Below, piece by piece: positions 1-10,091 of a stretch of 64,000 nt of DNA. Origin of the DNA: Obrimoposthia wandeli (Eukaryota); assembly GCA_977020255.1 (NCBI GenBank), contig CDROCS010000462.1:1-64000 (forward strand). The letters run 5' to 3'. Under the pieces are notes generated by a model, which was given only the letters and a program-made list of their open reading frames with translations, had not been told where the DNA came from and searched no databases. Made by a program: the position numbers and the translations under genes. Every line of letters starts with the position of its first letter. Position 1 is the first letter of the stretch.

Positions 1-7
1 TGGCGCC

Positions 8-2035
8 ATGCAGTATTTTGTCGGCGATATCGTTTGGCTCTGGCCAATAGCGCTTTTTTTAGCCGCTCCATTACTGGTTATTAAACGGCGTAGTGATAGC
101 GCCATTTTTTATAACACCCTTATCTACTCTGGCGGCATTGGCCTAGCCTATATTCTCGTTCAAGGGTTTCTTATCGGTATTTCCGGCTGGGAATATGCGG
201 TGGCAAATGCCCTCTTCGGCGAGTTGGATTTACGCCAGTTTGGCTTGGGCTCCGGCGCATTACTTGTGCTCAGTGCATTGCTTTTTCAGTTTACCAGTGG
301 ATTAGCGGCAAAAGGAGTGATGAGAGGGGATGTTTTTGTCGTCGGCGCCATTGGGTTCATTATCGCAACCGTACTAGCTTTCGTTTTCTTACCTGTGCTG
401 GGTATTTTAAGTAGCGCGTTCAAGAATGATGATGGCGAACTGGCATTACTGCTCTTTTTTGCTAAGTTCTTCAATGCAAACATCTGGAGCGTTGGCTGCC
501 TCAGTGGGGGTAGCTGCGGAGTAGCCATTAATTCACTCTTGCTCTCTGTTATGACAGCAACAATCGCGACGTTCTTCGGCCTCGCCTTTGCTCTCGTTGC
601 GGCGCGCTCTAATATCATCGCTAAGAAGCCCATTCGCATACTCAGCATGTTGCCAATAATCACACCACCTTTTGTTATTGGTTTATCACTCATTCTTTTA
701 TTCGGTCGCTCTGGCGCCGTCACTCAGTTTTTAGAATTTGCTTTTGGCATAGAGCCCAGCCGCTGGCTCTATGGTTTACCTGGGATACTCTTCGCTCAAG
801 TACTCGCCTTCACGCCTATCACTTTCATGGTGCTAATTGGTGTTGTCGATGGCATTAGCCCTTCGATGGAAGAGGCAGCACAAACTTTACGCGCCTCGCG
901 CTGGCGCACCTTTGTGACAGTTACTCTGCCGCTTCTTCGCCCGGGACTGGCAGCAGCTTTCTTGTTAGCCTTTATCGAAAGCATGGCTGATTTTGGTAAC
1001 CCGCTAGTCTTAGGCGGAAATTTCGAAGTGCTCTCGACACAGATTTTCTACGCGATTGTCGGCGCCCAAAACGATCAATCTAAAGCCGCTGTACTCGCTA
1101 TCGTGCTACTAGTATTCACCCTCGCCGCTTTCTTTATCCAGCGTAAATGGGTGGGTAAAAAATCTTATACCACTGTGACAGGTAAAGGCGATGCCGGTAT
1201 TCACGCTGTTTTGCCAAAGCGCGTTAAGTACTTGTCTTTCGGTATCGTTATGCCCTGGACCCTTTTCACTCTCGTCATCTATTCGATGGTCATGTTTGGC
1301 GGCTTTGTTCAAACCTGGGGCCTAGATCACAGTTTCACCTTGAAACACTACATTGAAGCGTTCTCTGTCACTAGCGGTGATCACGGGCTGGTCTGGTCTG
1401 GTGCAGCGTGGAACTCCTTTTTCACCACTATTAGCATCTCGGCCATTTCAGCACCACTGACCGCTGCTATAGGTTTATTAGTTGCCTATTTACTGGTGCG
1501 TCAGGACTTCATTGGCAAGCAAGTCTTTGAATTTGGCACCATGCTGAGCTTCGCTATTCCAGGTACCGTGATTGGTGTCAGTTACGTATTGGCCTACAAC
1601 GTTCCACCTATTGAACTGACGGGGACCGGGGTGATTTTGGTACTTTGCTTTATCTTTCGTAACATGCCTGTTGGGGTACGTGGCGGCATGGCAGCTATGA
1701 GCCAACTCGATAAAAGTCTAGATGAGGCATCACTGATGCTCGGAGCCAACAGTTTTACCACCATTCGCCGCGTCATATTACCGCTGTTACGCCCAGCAAT
1801 ATTCTCGGCAATCACCTATGGTTTCGTGCGTGCGATCACCTCTATTAGCGCTGTTATATTCTTGGTCAGCGCTGATTATGACATGGCCACTTCATACATT
1901 ATTGGACGAGTTGAAAACGGTGACTACGGCATCGCTATCGCCTATTCATCGGTTCTTATTGTAGTGATGCTCAGTGTCATATTGTTACTACAGTTTGTTG
2001 TTGGTAAACGTAAACTTCATCGCGACAGCGTTTAA
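8..2035 (+). CDS. ABC transporter permease, FbpB/AfuB-like (two fused permease domains); true start may lie upstream of the window
   Basis: Highly hydrophobic; two EAA loops (MEEAAQTLRASRWRTF, LDEASLMLGANSFTT); LPIITPPFVIGL and FIESMADFGNP motifs. Confidence 0.85.
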   Translation: MQYFVGDIVWLWPIALFLAAPLLVIKRRSDSAIFYNTLIYSGGIGLAYILVQGFLIGISGWEYAVANALFGELDLRQFGLGSGALLVLSALLFQFTSGLAAKGVMRGDVFVVGAIGFIIATVLAFVFLPVLGILSSAFKNDDGELALLLFFAKFFNANIWSVGCLSGGSCGVAINSLLLSVMTATIATFFGLAFALVAARSNIIAKKPIRILSMLPIITPPFVIGLSLILLFGRSGAVTQFLEFAFGIEPSRWLYGLPGILFAQVLAFTPITFMVLIGVVDGISPSMEEAAQTLRASRWRTFVTVTLPLLRPGLAAAFLLAFIESMADFGNPLVLGGNFEVLSTQIFYAIVGAQNDQSKAAVLAIVLLVFTLAAFFIQRKWVGKKSYTTVTGKGDAGIHAVLPKRVKYLSFGIVMPWTLFTLVIYSMVMFGGFVQTWGLDHSFTLKHYIEAFSVTSGDHGLVWSGAAWNSFFTTISISAISAPLTAAIGLLVAYLLVRQDFIGKQVFEFGTMLSFAIPGTVIGVSYVLAYNVPPIELTGTGVILVLCFIFRNMPVGVRGGMAAMSQLDKSLDEASLMLGANSFTTIRRVILPLLRPAIFSAITYGFVRAITSISAVIFLVSADYDMATSYIIGRVENGDYGIAIAYSSVLIVVMLSVILLLQFVVGKRKLHRDSV

Positions 2036-2088
2036 TACACCAGCGATAATGGGCACTGCTGAAGCGCCAAAGGCTGGCGATTTATATT

Positions 2089-3165
2089 ATGAGCGCCCAT
2101 GCAAATGCAGCCTCGGTTGAATTTAGAAATATCAGTAAAATTTTCGGCAGTGTTAAAGCCGTTAACAATGTGTCGTTCACAGTGGAAGCTGGGAGCTTGG
2201 TCACTCTCTTAGGCCCCAGTGGTTGTGGCAAGACTACAACACTGCGAATGATTGCCGGATTAGAGCACTCAAGTAGCGGACAGATTTTTATCGCCGGTCA
2301 AGATGTCACCCAACTTTCAGTGATGGAACGCGATGTCAGCATGGTGTTCCAATCTTATGCTCTATTTCCACACATGAGTGTGATTGAGAACGTTGCCTAC
2401 GGCCTACGCGAGCAGGGTTTTAATAAGAAAGATGCGTATGAAAAAGCTGAGGACGGCATGGCTATGGTCGGCCTCAGTGGCTTTGGCAAACGTATGCCCA
2501 ACCAACTATCTGGCGGGCAACAGCAGCGCGTAGCGGTGGCTCGCGCCCTCGTATTAAAACCCAAAGTACTGCTATTTGATGAGCCACTGTCCAATCTAGA
2601 CGCCAAGTTGCGACGCAGGGTTCGCGAAGAAATTCGCGAACTGCAACAGAAACTGGGAATAACCTCTGTCTATGTTACCCACGATCAAGAAGAGGCAATG
2701 GCCGTTTCCGACAAAATCATTGTCATGAGCGATTCTGTTATCTCGCAGCACGGCACACCACATGAGCTATACGAGCAGCCTAAAAACCTGTTTATCGCCG
2801 ACTTTATTGGCGATGCTACGTTAGTCAGTGGCCGCTTCATCAGTGCTGATGACAGCCATGTCAAAATGCATTTAGATACCTTAGAAGTCAATTTACCGCA
2901 TCGTGGCTTAGCCAATCTAGAACAAAAATTAGATGTTGCTATCCGCCCTCACGCCTTAAGTGTTCACACCGAAAACGAGGTCGCTAGCAGTATTAAAGGT
3001 AAGGTACTAAAATCGGTTTATCTCGGCGGCCACGTTGAGTACGAGCTCGACACTGCGCTGGGAACACTGTTCGCGATTGATCATCAAGCCATCTCGGCAA
3101 TACCGGTAGGTACAGATGTTTCAGTACGTATTGCCGAACAGGGCATTGCCCTAGTGGGAGGTTAA
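2089..3165 (+). CDS. ABC transporter ATP-binding protein, FbpC/AfuC/PotA-like with C-terminal TOBE
   Basis: Walker A GPSGCGKT, signature LSGGQQQR, Walker B LLFDEP, YVTHDQEEA. Confidence 0.92.
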   Translation: MSAHANAASVEFRNISKIFGSVKAVNNVSFTVEAGSLVTLLGPSGCGKTTTLRMIAGLEHSSSGQIFIAGQDVTQLSVMERDVSMVFQSYALFPHMSVIENVAYGLREQGFNKKDAYEKAEDGMAMVGLSGFGKRMPNQLSGGQQQRVAVARALVLKPKVLLFDEPLSNLDAKLRRRVREEIRELQQKLGITSVYVTHDQEEAMAVSDKIIVMSDSVISQHGTPHELYEQPKNLFIADFIGDATLVSGRFISADDSHVKMHLDTLEVNLPHRGLANLEQKLDVAIRPHALSVHTENEVASSIKGKVLKSVYLGGHVEYELDTALGTLFAIDHQAISAIPVGTDVSVRIAEQGIALVGG

Positions 3166-3974
3166 TGATGCAACCTAGTGAACTACAATCACGCTTTGAT
3201 TTCGCCAAGACGCTAATTCTTAAAGCAGGGGCTCTCGCTCACGATTATTTCGAGCGACGAGACGCATTAACTATTGAACACAAAGGGCTGCAGGATGTGG
3301 TTAGTATTGCCGATAAGGCTGTTGAGCTGCTAATACGTGAGCAGTTAGCGCAGGCCTTTAGTCAAGATGGCTTTCTCGGAGAAGAAGATGCCGAACGGGA
3401 TATCGCCAACTTCAGCGCCAATGCAACTTCCTGTATTTGGGTAGTTGACCCTATAGATGGCACCGCGTTATTTCTCAATGGTATCCCATCTTGGTGCATC
3501 TCAATTGCGCTCTTAGTTGAAGGGGAGATTGAACTTGGTTTGATCTACGATCCCTGTAATCAAGAGCTATTTTGTGCCCAGCGCGGATTGGGGGCCAGCT
3601 TAAACGGTAAAGCAATCAATGTTGCAGAGGCAACGAGCGTCACAGATGGCATGATAGGTGTCGGCTTCTCTCACCGGGTCAAACCTGATATTTGCCTACA
3701 CTTCTTAAGCCAATTACTCCACGACGGTGGCATGTATGTGCGCAGCGGCTCAGGCGCACTCACTTTAGCCTACGTAGCTGCCGGTCGATTAATTGGCTAT
3801 TACGAACCGCATATTAATGCCTGGGATTGTCTCGCCGGAATTTTATTAATAGAGGAGGCTGGAGGTTGGGTCGATGATTTTTTAGTCAATGATGGCTTAG
3901 CAAAAGGCAACCCTATTCTCAGCGGCACCATAGCACTGCAATCAACGCTGCTCAGTTACTGTTTGAGTGAGTAA
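3165..3974 (+). CDS. Inositol monophosphatase family protein
   Basis: GEE, WVVDPIDGT and WDCLAG motifs; TAATG overlap with the ATPase stop. Confidence 0.9.
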   Translation: MMQPSELQSRFDFAKTLILKAGALAHDYFERRDALTIEHKGLQDVVSIADKAVELLIREQLAQAFSQDGFLGEEDAERDIANFSANATSCIWVVDPIDGTALFLNGIPSWCISIALLVEGEIELGLIYDPCNQELFCAQRGLGASLNGKAINVAEATSVTDGMIGVGFSHRVKPDICLHFLSQLLHDGGMYVRSGSGALTLAYVAAGRLIGYYEPHINAWDCLAGILLIEEAGGWVDDFLVNDGLAKGNPILSGTIALQSTLLSYCLSE

Positions 3975-3988
3975 CGAGGAACGAACTC

Positions 3989-4020
3989 TGTGACAACTTT
4001 TGGTGTAAAAGGCTGTCACA
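3989..4020. terminator. Imperfect hairpin between convergent genes (probable bidirectional terminator)
   Basis: tgtgaca..ctttt / aaaag..tgtcaca inverted repeat. Confidence 0.4.
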
Positions 4021-4051
4021 AAGCCACATTTTTCTAATAAGATACCCTTGG

Positions 4052-4486
4052 CTATTTGGCAAACAATTCTTTTTCGATATCGCGGAAACCTTTAAATTCC
4101 AAAGCATTACCAGAGGGGTCACTAAAAAACATGGTCCCCTGCTCCCCCACTTCACCGGCGAAGCGAACATAAGGTTCAATGATAAAGTTATCCACAAATC
4201 CACGCGCCCTCTCAGCAAAAACCTGCCAGTCATCAAACGCCAATACCACACCGAAATGCGGCACAGGGACACCGTGACCGTCGACACCATTACAAATATT
4301 GGGCACCGCTCCACTCGCACCTAATGCTGGGTTGAGATGCGTGACAAATTGATGCCCGAACATATCGAAATCAATCCATTGTTCGCTACTTCGCCCTTCG
4401 GCAAAACCCATTTTACGGCCGTAAAAATCTCGTGCCTCTTCAATGTCTCGTACCTGTACCGCAAGGTGGAAAGGGGTCAATTTCAT
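4052..4486 (-). CDS. VOC (glyoxalase/extradiol dioxygenase-like) family protein
   Basis: PFHLAVQVRDIEEARDFYG start, PHFGVVL, FFSDPSGNALEFK. Confidence 0.85.
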   Translation of the reverse strand: MKLTPFHLAVQVRDIEEARDFYGRKMGFAEGRSSEQWIDFDMFGHQFVTHLNPALGASGAVPNICNGVDGHGVPVPHFGVVLAFDDWQVFAERARGFVDNFIIEPYVRFAGEVGEQGTMFFSDPSGNALEFKGFRDIEKELFAK

Positions 4487-5748
4487 GATATTCCTCGTTT
4501 ATGCTGTGCTTTATTTTGATACATACGCTTGTCTGCCAGAATATAGCAGCGCTGAGAATCCCCATCACTTTCACTAAAACTGGCGAAGCCTATACTGACT
4601 GAAATAGGATAGTCTAATATCATCGACATTCTGTGTTCTACATCTGCTAGTTGGTTTTTAATCCGCAGGTTGCTCTCCTGTGTCGCCTTGTGCAGCACTA
4701 GCGCAAACTCATCGCCACCCAAGCGAAAGGCGTTATCACCAACGCGACCGAGTTTGGCCAATTCCGTGGCAAATAAGCGCAGTAAACTGTCACCTTTAGG
4801 ATGGCCGAACTTATCATTATACGCTTTGAAATCATTGAGATCTAAAATCCCAATACTGCAATCCTCATTTTCCCTGACATAGCTCTGAGCCGTACTTTCA
4901 CAAACCTCTTCAAAATAACTACGGTTGCGCAATTTGGTCAAACTATCAGTACTGGCCAGTTCAACGGCGCTTTGTAGTTCGCCTTGTGCATGACTTAACA
5001 ACAGGCGCGAGGACACAACTAAAGAGGCCAGTTTTATAACATCCTCCATATACTTGTAATCGACATCGCTGCTGTCGTGCAGACACATTATATGACCGAT
5101 CGGAGCTTGATCTTGACCGTAGTAAACCAGTCCAGCGTAGGATTTCGCTCCTATCTCTGCAAGGAATAAATTTTTGGGAAAAGAGACGGCAACGTCAGTA
5201 AATAGAGTAAATTTTTTATTGCGCGCCATCACCTCACAAGGAGAATCAGGCAACGTGTAACGGCTCGCGGGGTGTAAGGCGTTAGTATTCCAGAAAGAAA
5301 TAACTTCGACCGTTTGCCGATCGAGAAAACGGGTGACAAAAATCCAACGCCATCCAGTAATATCAGCAATCGCCTCAACTATAGCGTCGAACAATTCTTC
5401 ACTGTAATTAATACGCTGCAGCATTTTACCGAGTAAACCGTCGCTGTGATTGGGTTTCGCCACAGGCGAATCTATATACAGCACACGACCTTCACTTAAA
5501 ACGACACAGCGAATGCTGTAGCCATCAAGATAACTATCTTCATCACAATTAAGTAATTTAGTTTGCAGTGCATGCGTTAAAAGATGGTAGCTAGCGTTGT
5601 TGTAGATAGGCGTGTTTTGCCCATCTAGGATTAATACAGCGCTAGCATAATTATCCAGTAACTGATGAAAATCTGCATTGCTAATGTTCAACGATAACTC
5701 CACTGGCAGCAGAGCTGCCATCACTCGATAGGGTGGTAAACAAGACAT
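4483..5748 (-). CDS. Diguanylate cyclase with GAF-like sensory region
   Basis: DSLTKLRNR, DLNDFKAYNDKFGH, RLGGDEF; I-site RVGD. Confidence 0.9.
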   Translation of the reverse strand: MSCLPPYRVMAALLPVELSLNISNADFHQLLDNYASAVLILDGQNTPIYNNASYHLLTHALQTKLLNCDEDSYLDGYSIRCVVLSEGRVLYIDSPVAKPNHSDGLLGKMLQRINYSEELFDAIVEAIADITGWRWIFVTRFLDRQTVEVISFWNTNALHPASRYTLPDSPCEVMARNKKFTLFTDVAVSFPKNLFLAEIGAKSYAGLVYYGQDQAPIGHIMCLHDSSDVDYKYMEDVIKLASLVVSSRLLLSHAQGELQSAVELASTDSLTKLRNRSYFEEVCESTAQSYVRENEDCSIGILDLNDFKAYNDKFGHPKGDSLLRLFATELAKLGRVGDNAFRLGGDEFALVLHKATQESNLRIKNQLADVEHRMSMILDYPISVSIGFASFSESDGDSQRCYILADKRMYQNKAQHKRGIS

Positions 5749-5870
5749 TAACTTCTGTTAAGTGCCTTATCCAACCTAGACTGTATCTAGAAGTACGTCA
5801 AACGCAAAGCGAATATTACCAAAGACCTATTAATTAATTGATATTGTTAAAAAATAATTTCACCGCTTGT

Positions 5871-6638
5871 TTAAAAGCGTAGTGACAAACAGCTTAAGCC
5901 ACCGTCTACTTTTTGAAACTCGCTAACATCGACTTCAATCACTTGGTAACCCGCTCGCTCAATAATCGCTTTCGTTTTAGGAAAGCCTTTTGGGGTCAAT
6001 ACTTTATCATTTATCCAAACGCTATTCGCCGCATATGCTTCACTCGCGTCTACTTCAAGTAGATTATATTTACTAAATTCACTTTTGCTTAAAAACTCAC
6101 CGCAGGCAAGTAGGTTGTTACCCTCAAGGTAGCCCAACCCCGTCTTTAAGTGCAGTACCTCACTCATGGTTACCACTGAACCTGTCATGCCATATTTTTC
6201 AAGTATAGCGATCATTTGTCGCGCACCTTCACTGTTCGTACGCTCTGACAAGCCGATATAGTAATGGTCTTCTACCATCATAATATCACCTGCTTCCACC
6301 GTACCTGGATGCTCTATCGCTTCAACTTGCTGATAAAACTGTTCGACTACTGGGCGCATCGCCAGCGTCTCTGCAGTGCGAGAACTCGCCCCTGGGTTGG
6401 TGATGATGGCACAGTGTGGTGTCATTAACGCGGCATCTTCAACAAAGGTTGAATCGGGAAAGTTTTCATCTGCCGCCAGTTCTGTCACTTCCAGTCCACA
6501 GGCCTTCAGCGCCGCAACATAGTTGCTGTGTTGCGCGAGAGCGTTTTGGTAATTTGGTACGCCTAAGTCAGCGCTGGTAATTCCAGAAACGATAGCTTCA
6601 CATGGCTTTTTAACAATTGCTTTAGTAAACATAGACAC
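5871..6638 (-). CDS. ddaH: Dimethylarginine dimethylaminohydrolase (amidinotransferase superfamily)
   Basis: FPDSTFVED, HLKT and C-terminal KVDGGLSCLSLRF carry the catalytic Asp/His/Cys. Confidence 0.9.
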   Translation of the reverse strand: MSMFTKAIVKKPCEAIVSGITSADLGVPNYQNALAQHSNYVAALKACGLEVTELAADENFPDSTFVEDAALMTPHCAIITNPGASSRTAETLAMRPVVEQFYQQVEAIEHPGTVEAGDIMMVEDHYYIGLSERTNSEGARQMIAILEKYGMTGSVVTMSEVLHLKTGLGYLEGNNLLACGEFLSKSEFSKYNLLEVDASEAYAANSVWINDKVLTPKGFPKTKAIIERAGYQVIEVDVSEFQKVDGGLSCLSLRF

Positions 6639-6720
6639 CCTCTAATACAGTTTAAGCTGGCACTACTCACAGTGCGAATAACTGGATAATGCCTTTTTAA
6701 TTTTCGTATTTCCAGCTTTA

Positions 6721-6736
6721 TTTTACAAGTGTACAA
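6721..6736. promoter_or_regulatory. Putative TetR operator 1 (TTTTACA-AG-TGTACAA) upstream of ddaH
   Basis: Imperfect palindrome matching the sites at 10059 and 12159. Confidence 0.55.
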
Positions 6737-6786
6737 CAATTTATTGAAATGCCCCTAAAGCGTAGACCCTAGATAAGTTATCCCTG

Positions 6787-7428
6787 CTAACTTTGCTCAA
6801 CCAACCCCTCGATCATCAGCACAGACTGCACCGAGCGCAGCCCTATCTCTGCCAGTTCCCCCTCTTCAAACAACTCCATTGCCAAACAGCCCTCAAGCCA
6901 AAGCCCATCGAGTAGTGCATTCACCATAATGCCGTAACGCTCTAGTTCTTTAGTGGTGACTTGACGCCCTAACTCTTTAAAAACCGATGCGACCAAGTCT
7001 TGGCAACCCATGCGAAACTCCAAGTAAGATTCGTGATGAATCTTAGCCATTGACGGTGTAGAGCGAGTTAAGCTGGTAAAAGAGGCCCACAATTGATGAT
7101 AGCGGCTGTTCATCACTCCACCTTGCAGGGACGTGTTGATAAAGTGGCGCAGTTTTTCGATAGCGCTAGTATTTATATCCTCCAAGCCATCCCTTGCACC
7201 TAGGAACATATCGTCCATGGTCTGGCGATAAGCGGCACAGATCAGCGTTTCTTTATCGGGAAAATAATGTCTCACTAACCCCGGAGTTACCCCTGCAACA
7301 TCGGCAATTCGGCGAATGCTAGCCTCGCCAATTCCACCGCGTTCGACACAGATTTGCGTGGCAATAATGAGATCTTTTCGACGCTTTTCTTCTGATTCTC
7401 TGCTGTAAGACTTTCTCGAACTATTCAT
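6787..7428 (-). CDS. TetR family regulator, BetI-like
   Basis: N-terminal HTH IRRIADVAGVTPGLVRHYF; C-terminal ALLDGLWLE typical of the BetI subgroup. Confidence 0.88.
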   Translation of the reverse strand: MNSSRKSYSRESEEKRRKDLIIATQICVERGGIGEASIRRIADVAGVTPGLVRHYFPDKETLICAAYRQTMDDMFLGARDGLEDINTSAIEKLRHFINTSLQGGVMNSRYHQLWASFTSLTRSTPSMAKIHHESYLEFRMGCQDLVASVFKELGRQVTTKELERYGIMVNALLDGLWLEGCLAMELFEEGELAEIGLRSVQSVLMIEGLVEQS

Positions 7429-7836
7429 ATTTTCATCTTAGGATGGCTAGCTTTGGGGCATCCTAACACGCCTATATGTTTTGTAAATAAAGTGCTTGCT
7501 GGCACGACACTGTTATCACTTCGCTATTTTAAAGAAGAGCACAATTCATTCCTTTCCTATAACACTCGTTTCGCTTTATTTACCTGCATAAATACTCCAG
7601 TGGATAACTTACGTATTCGAATATTAGTCTCTATATTTAGCTAGGGCTGTTCTCTAAAAAACATATCGAGCGATAGTGGAAAGAAGGCATAAGTCGACAA
7701 CGTAGCAAGTCCGTGTGACTATTTTAAATAGGGGTTTTGGTGCATATCATTTTGGGACAGCCATTAACCGAAGCTTCAAGGCTGCCTTTTGGGTTTATGG
7801 ATAGGATAATATCGGTATCTTGGGAGCCAATATTAA

Positions 7837-7870
7837 TCTAGCGCATAACAGTTATTTATGATGCGCTAGA
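7837..7870. terminator. Hairpin downstream of the deacylase gene
   Basis: Perfect 10-bp inverted repeat tctagcgcat / atgcgctaga. Confidence 0.45.
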
Positions 7871-7900
7871 CACCTTTCGCGCCATGAATAGAGCAGTATA

Positions 7901-8899
7901 TTAGAAGCCACGGCGTGGAGATACTAGCTCAAATAGGCAGTCCCCTCGCTGGGTAGGTGCCATTGCCCGCTGGCAAATTACAATGCCGGCACTAGCAGAA
8001 AAGATCTCGATCACTTTAGATAACGGTGTTTCTGGCTGATAAATACACCCCATTAATTGGTCCTCCTCAACCCAGTCCCCCAGAGCGACTTGTGGCTCAA
8101 ATAAACCTTCTGTATAAGAAAAAATTTGCTGTTCAGACGAACTCGTCACGTATTGAGTGGCGATGGGTACCTCAAATTGACTAGGATAGTTGCATAAATT
8201 AACACTGGCGAAAAAACGTAATAGCGAGCTTTGGAATTGCTTTCTATAATCGCGATTCACTCGCCCTGCACCACCGAGTTCGACTGTCACGGCACACGCA
8301 CCTTGACGATAAGCTGCCGAGGTCGCAAACCAACCTTGATTATCGCCGTCAAATAGTAATGTGTGGGGTAATGCTAAACTTTCCAGCATCCCTTGTAACC
8401 GCGTTTGGTGTTCTTTCGTTCCCTCTTTATTTGCCATCGCCAGCGGTAAATAGTCAAGTGACTGGCCTCCGGAGTGGATATCAATAAAGTAATCAGCATC
8501 CGCCAATAGTACCGTTTCAATGTAATTGGCCATCACAGCGGTGGTTGTGCCTTGTGGATCACCTGGGAATATTCGGTTCAAATTGAGCTGATCTAAAGGT
8601 GAGGTACGTTGTCTAGCCATCGCTGCTGCGAAGTTGGCCATCGGCAGCAAGATCAGTTGCCCTTGAATATCAGCAGCTTCCACAGCGCTGATCAATTGCT
8701 GGACAATAATCTGGCCTTCGTACTCATCGCCGTGATTACCAGCCATGACGACGATTTTAGGACCTTGGCCACGTTTTATACTGACCACGGGAACTGGCAG
8801 CCAACCGTAAGCTGAACGTGACACTGAATGAGATAAACGAATATAGCCGCAGTGTTTTCCCTCTTTACTAAAATCTACTTCGCTGCTGATAAAAGACAC
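7901..8899 (-). CDS. Succinylglutamate desuccinylase/aspartoacylase (M14, DoeB-like) deacylase
   Basis: GNHGDEYEG, NLNRIFPG, DIHSGG, VELGG; GTG start with GAGGAG RBS. Confidence 0.85.
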   Translation of the reverse strand: MSFISSEVDFSKEGKHCGYIRLSHSVSRSAYGWLPVPVVSIKRGQGPKIVVMAGNHGDEYEGQIIVQQLISAVEAADIQGQLILLPMANFAAAMARQRTSPLDQLNLNRIFPGDPQGTTTAVMANYIETVLLADADYFIDIHSGGQSLDYLPLAMANKEGTKEHQTRLQGMLESLALPHTLLFDGDNQGWFATSAAYRQGACAVTVELGGAGRVNRDYRKQFQSSLLRFFASVNLCNYPSQFEVPIATQYVTSSSEQQIFSYTEGLFEPQVALGDWVEEDQLMGCIYQPETPLSKVIEIFSASAGIVICQRAMAPTQRGDCLFELVSPRRGF

Positions 8900-8917
8900 A
8901 GTAACTCCTCTATTTTA

Positions 8918-9946
8918 TTAAATTTTAATGGCTGCGATAAATCCAGCGACGTCCTGTTCTTTGGTCGCCCAGCTGGTTACTAATCGGTAGCAATCGTTCC
9001 CTTCAACTGGCCAGTGATACAACACATAACCTTGCTCTTTTGCTTGAAGCCACTGCTGGTTACTCAAAGAAATGAACAATTGATTAGTTTGCGCGGGAAA
9101 ATAACAAGTACCCAAATTTTTCTCTGCCACTTGATCAGCCACTAATGCCGCCATGCGATTGGCGTGATGTGCGTTTTTTAGCCACAATTCATTTTCGAAA
9201 TACCCCAGTAATTGGGCCGATAGAAATCTCATTTTTGATGCTAGGTGACCGGTTTGTTTAGCATGCGCGCGGATACCCGAAGCCAAAGCCGGGTCAAAAA
9301 CCACCAGCGCTTCTGCACCAAAAGTGCCATTTTTGCTCGCACCAAAAGTCATTGCATCTACCCCACAACGCCAACTAAGATCAGCGGGGTGACAATCATA
9401 ATGGGCGACTGCATTGGCAAATCTAGCGCCATCAACAAAGTATTTTAATTGATATTGGCGACAAATTTCGCCCAATTCACTCATCTGTTCACTGCTATAG
9501 CAACGGCCATATTCTGTCGCTTGAGTAATCGCTAACGCGGCAGGAGCTGGGCTATGAATATCATTGGTATCAAGTGATTGTAAATAACCTTCAAGCAATT
9601 TTTTATCAATACGGTCTAGATCAGTACCCAGTGTTGCCAGCCTAGCACCGCCGGTAAACAACTGAGGTGCTGTACTTTCGGAAAGGGCTAAATGACTATT
9701 TGAATGGCAAATAATACTTTGTCGTCCATGACACATCTGCCCAAGTGCCAGGCAATTCGCGGCGGTTCCCGTCAACACCGGAAAAACATAAACTTGCTGA
9801 CCAAAAACAGCCGAGACGCAATCATTGAGTTTGGCAGTTAACGCGTCATCGCCATAGGGTAAATCGTAGCCATGTTGCGCATGCTGCTCAACATACTGCC
9901 AAATTTCTGGGCTTGCTGGTGCAGTATTGTCCGATAAAAACATCAT
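8918..9946 (-). CDS. Low-specificity threonine aldolase family PLP enzyme
   Basis: FLSDNT, PYGDD, TGTAAN, VDGARFANA, FGASKNG (PLP lysine); start moved to ATG 9946 behind AAGGA. Confidence 0.85.
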   Translation of the reverse strand: MMFLSDNTAPASPEIWQYVEQHAQHGYDLPYGDDALTAKLNDCVSAVFGQQVYVFPVLTGTAANCLALGQMCHGRQSIICHSNSHLALSESTAPQLFTGGARLATLGTDLDRIDKKLLEGYLQSLDTNDIHSPAPAALAITQATEYGRCYSSEQMSELGEICRQYQLKYFVDGARFANAVAHYDCHPADLSWRCGVDAMTFGASKNGTFGAEALVVFDPALASGIRAHAKQTGHLASKMRFLSAQLLGYFENELWLKNAHHANRMAALVADQVAEKNLGTCYFPAQTNQLFISLSNQQWLQAKEQGYVLYHWPVEGNDCYRLVTSWATKEQDVAGFIAAIKI

Positions 9947-10058
9947 TCCATCCTTAGTCATTCTTCTTATGGTTATCAATATGAGTGGACACATTATCTA
10001 AATATAAAAAATCGTTCAATGTTGTTGATCATTGATTGGTTTCACCATAATATATTTG

Positions 10059-10074
10059 TTATACAAATGAATAA
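10059..10074. promoter_or_regulatory. Putative TetR operator 2 (TTATACA-AA-TGAATAA) in the aldolase/dioxygenase divergent promoter
   Basis: ttgttatacaaatga is shared exactly with 12156-12170; lies just after a cataat -10-like box at 10046-10051. Confidence 0.65.
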
Positions 10075-10091
10075 CAAGGGAGATTTAGCTG

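Noticed and set aside
7453-7644. 63-aa ORF in the tetR-deacylase gap
   Set aside because: TTG start, no RBS, no recognisable motif, AT-rich promoter-like DNA
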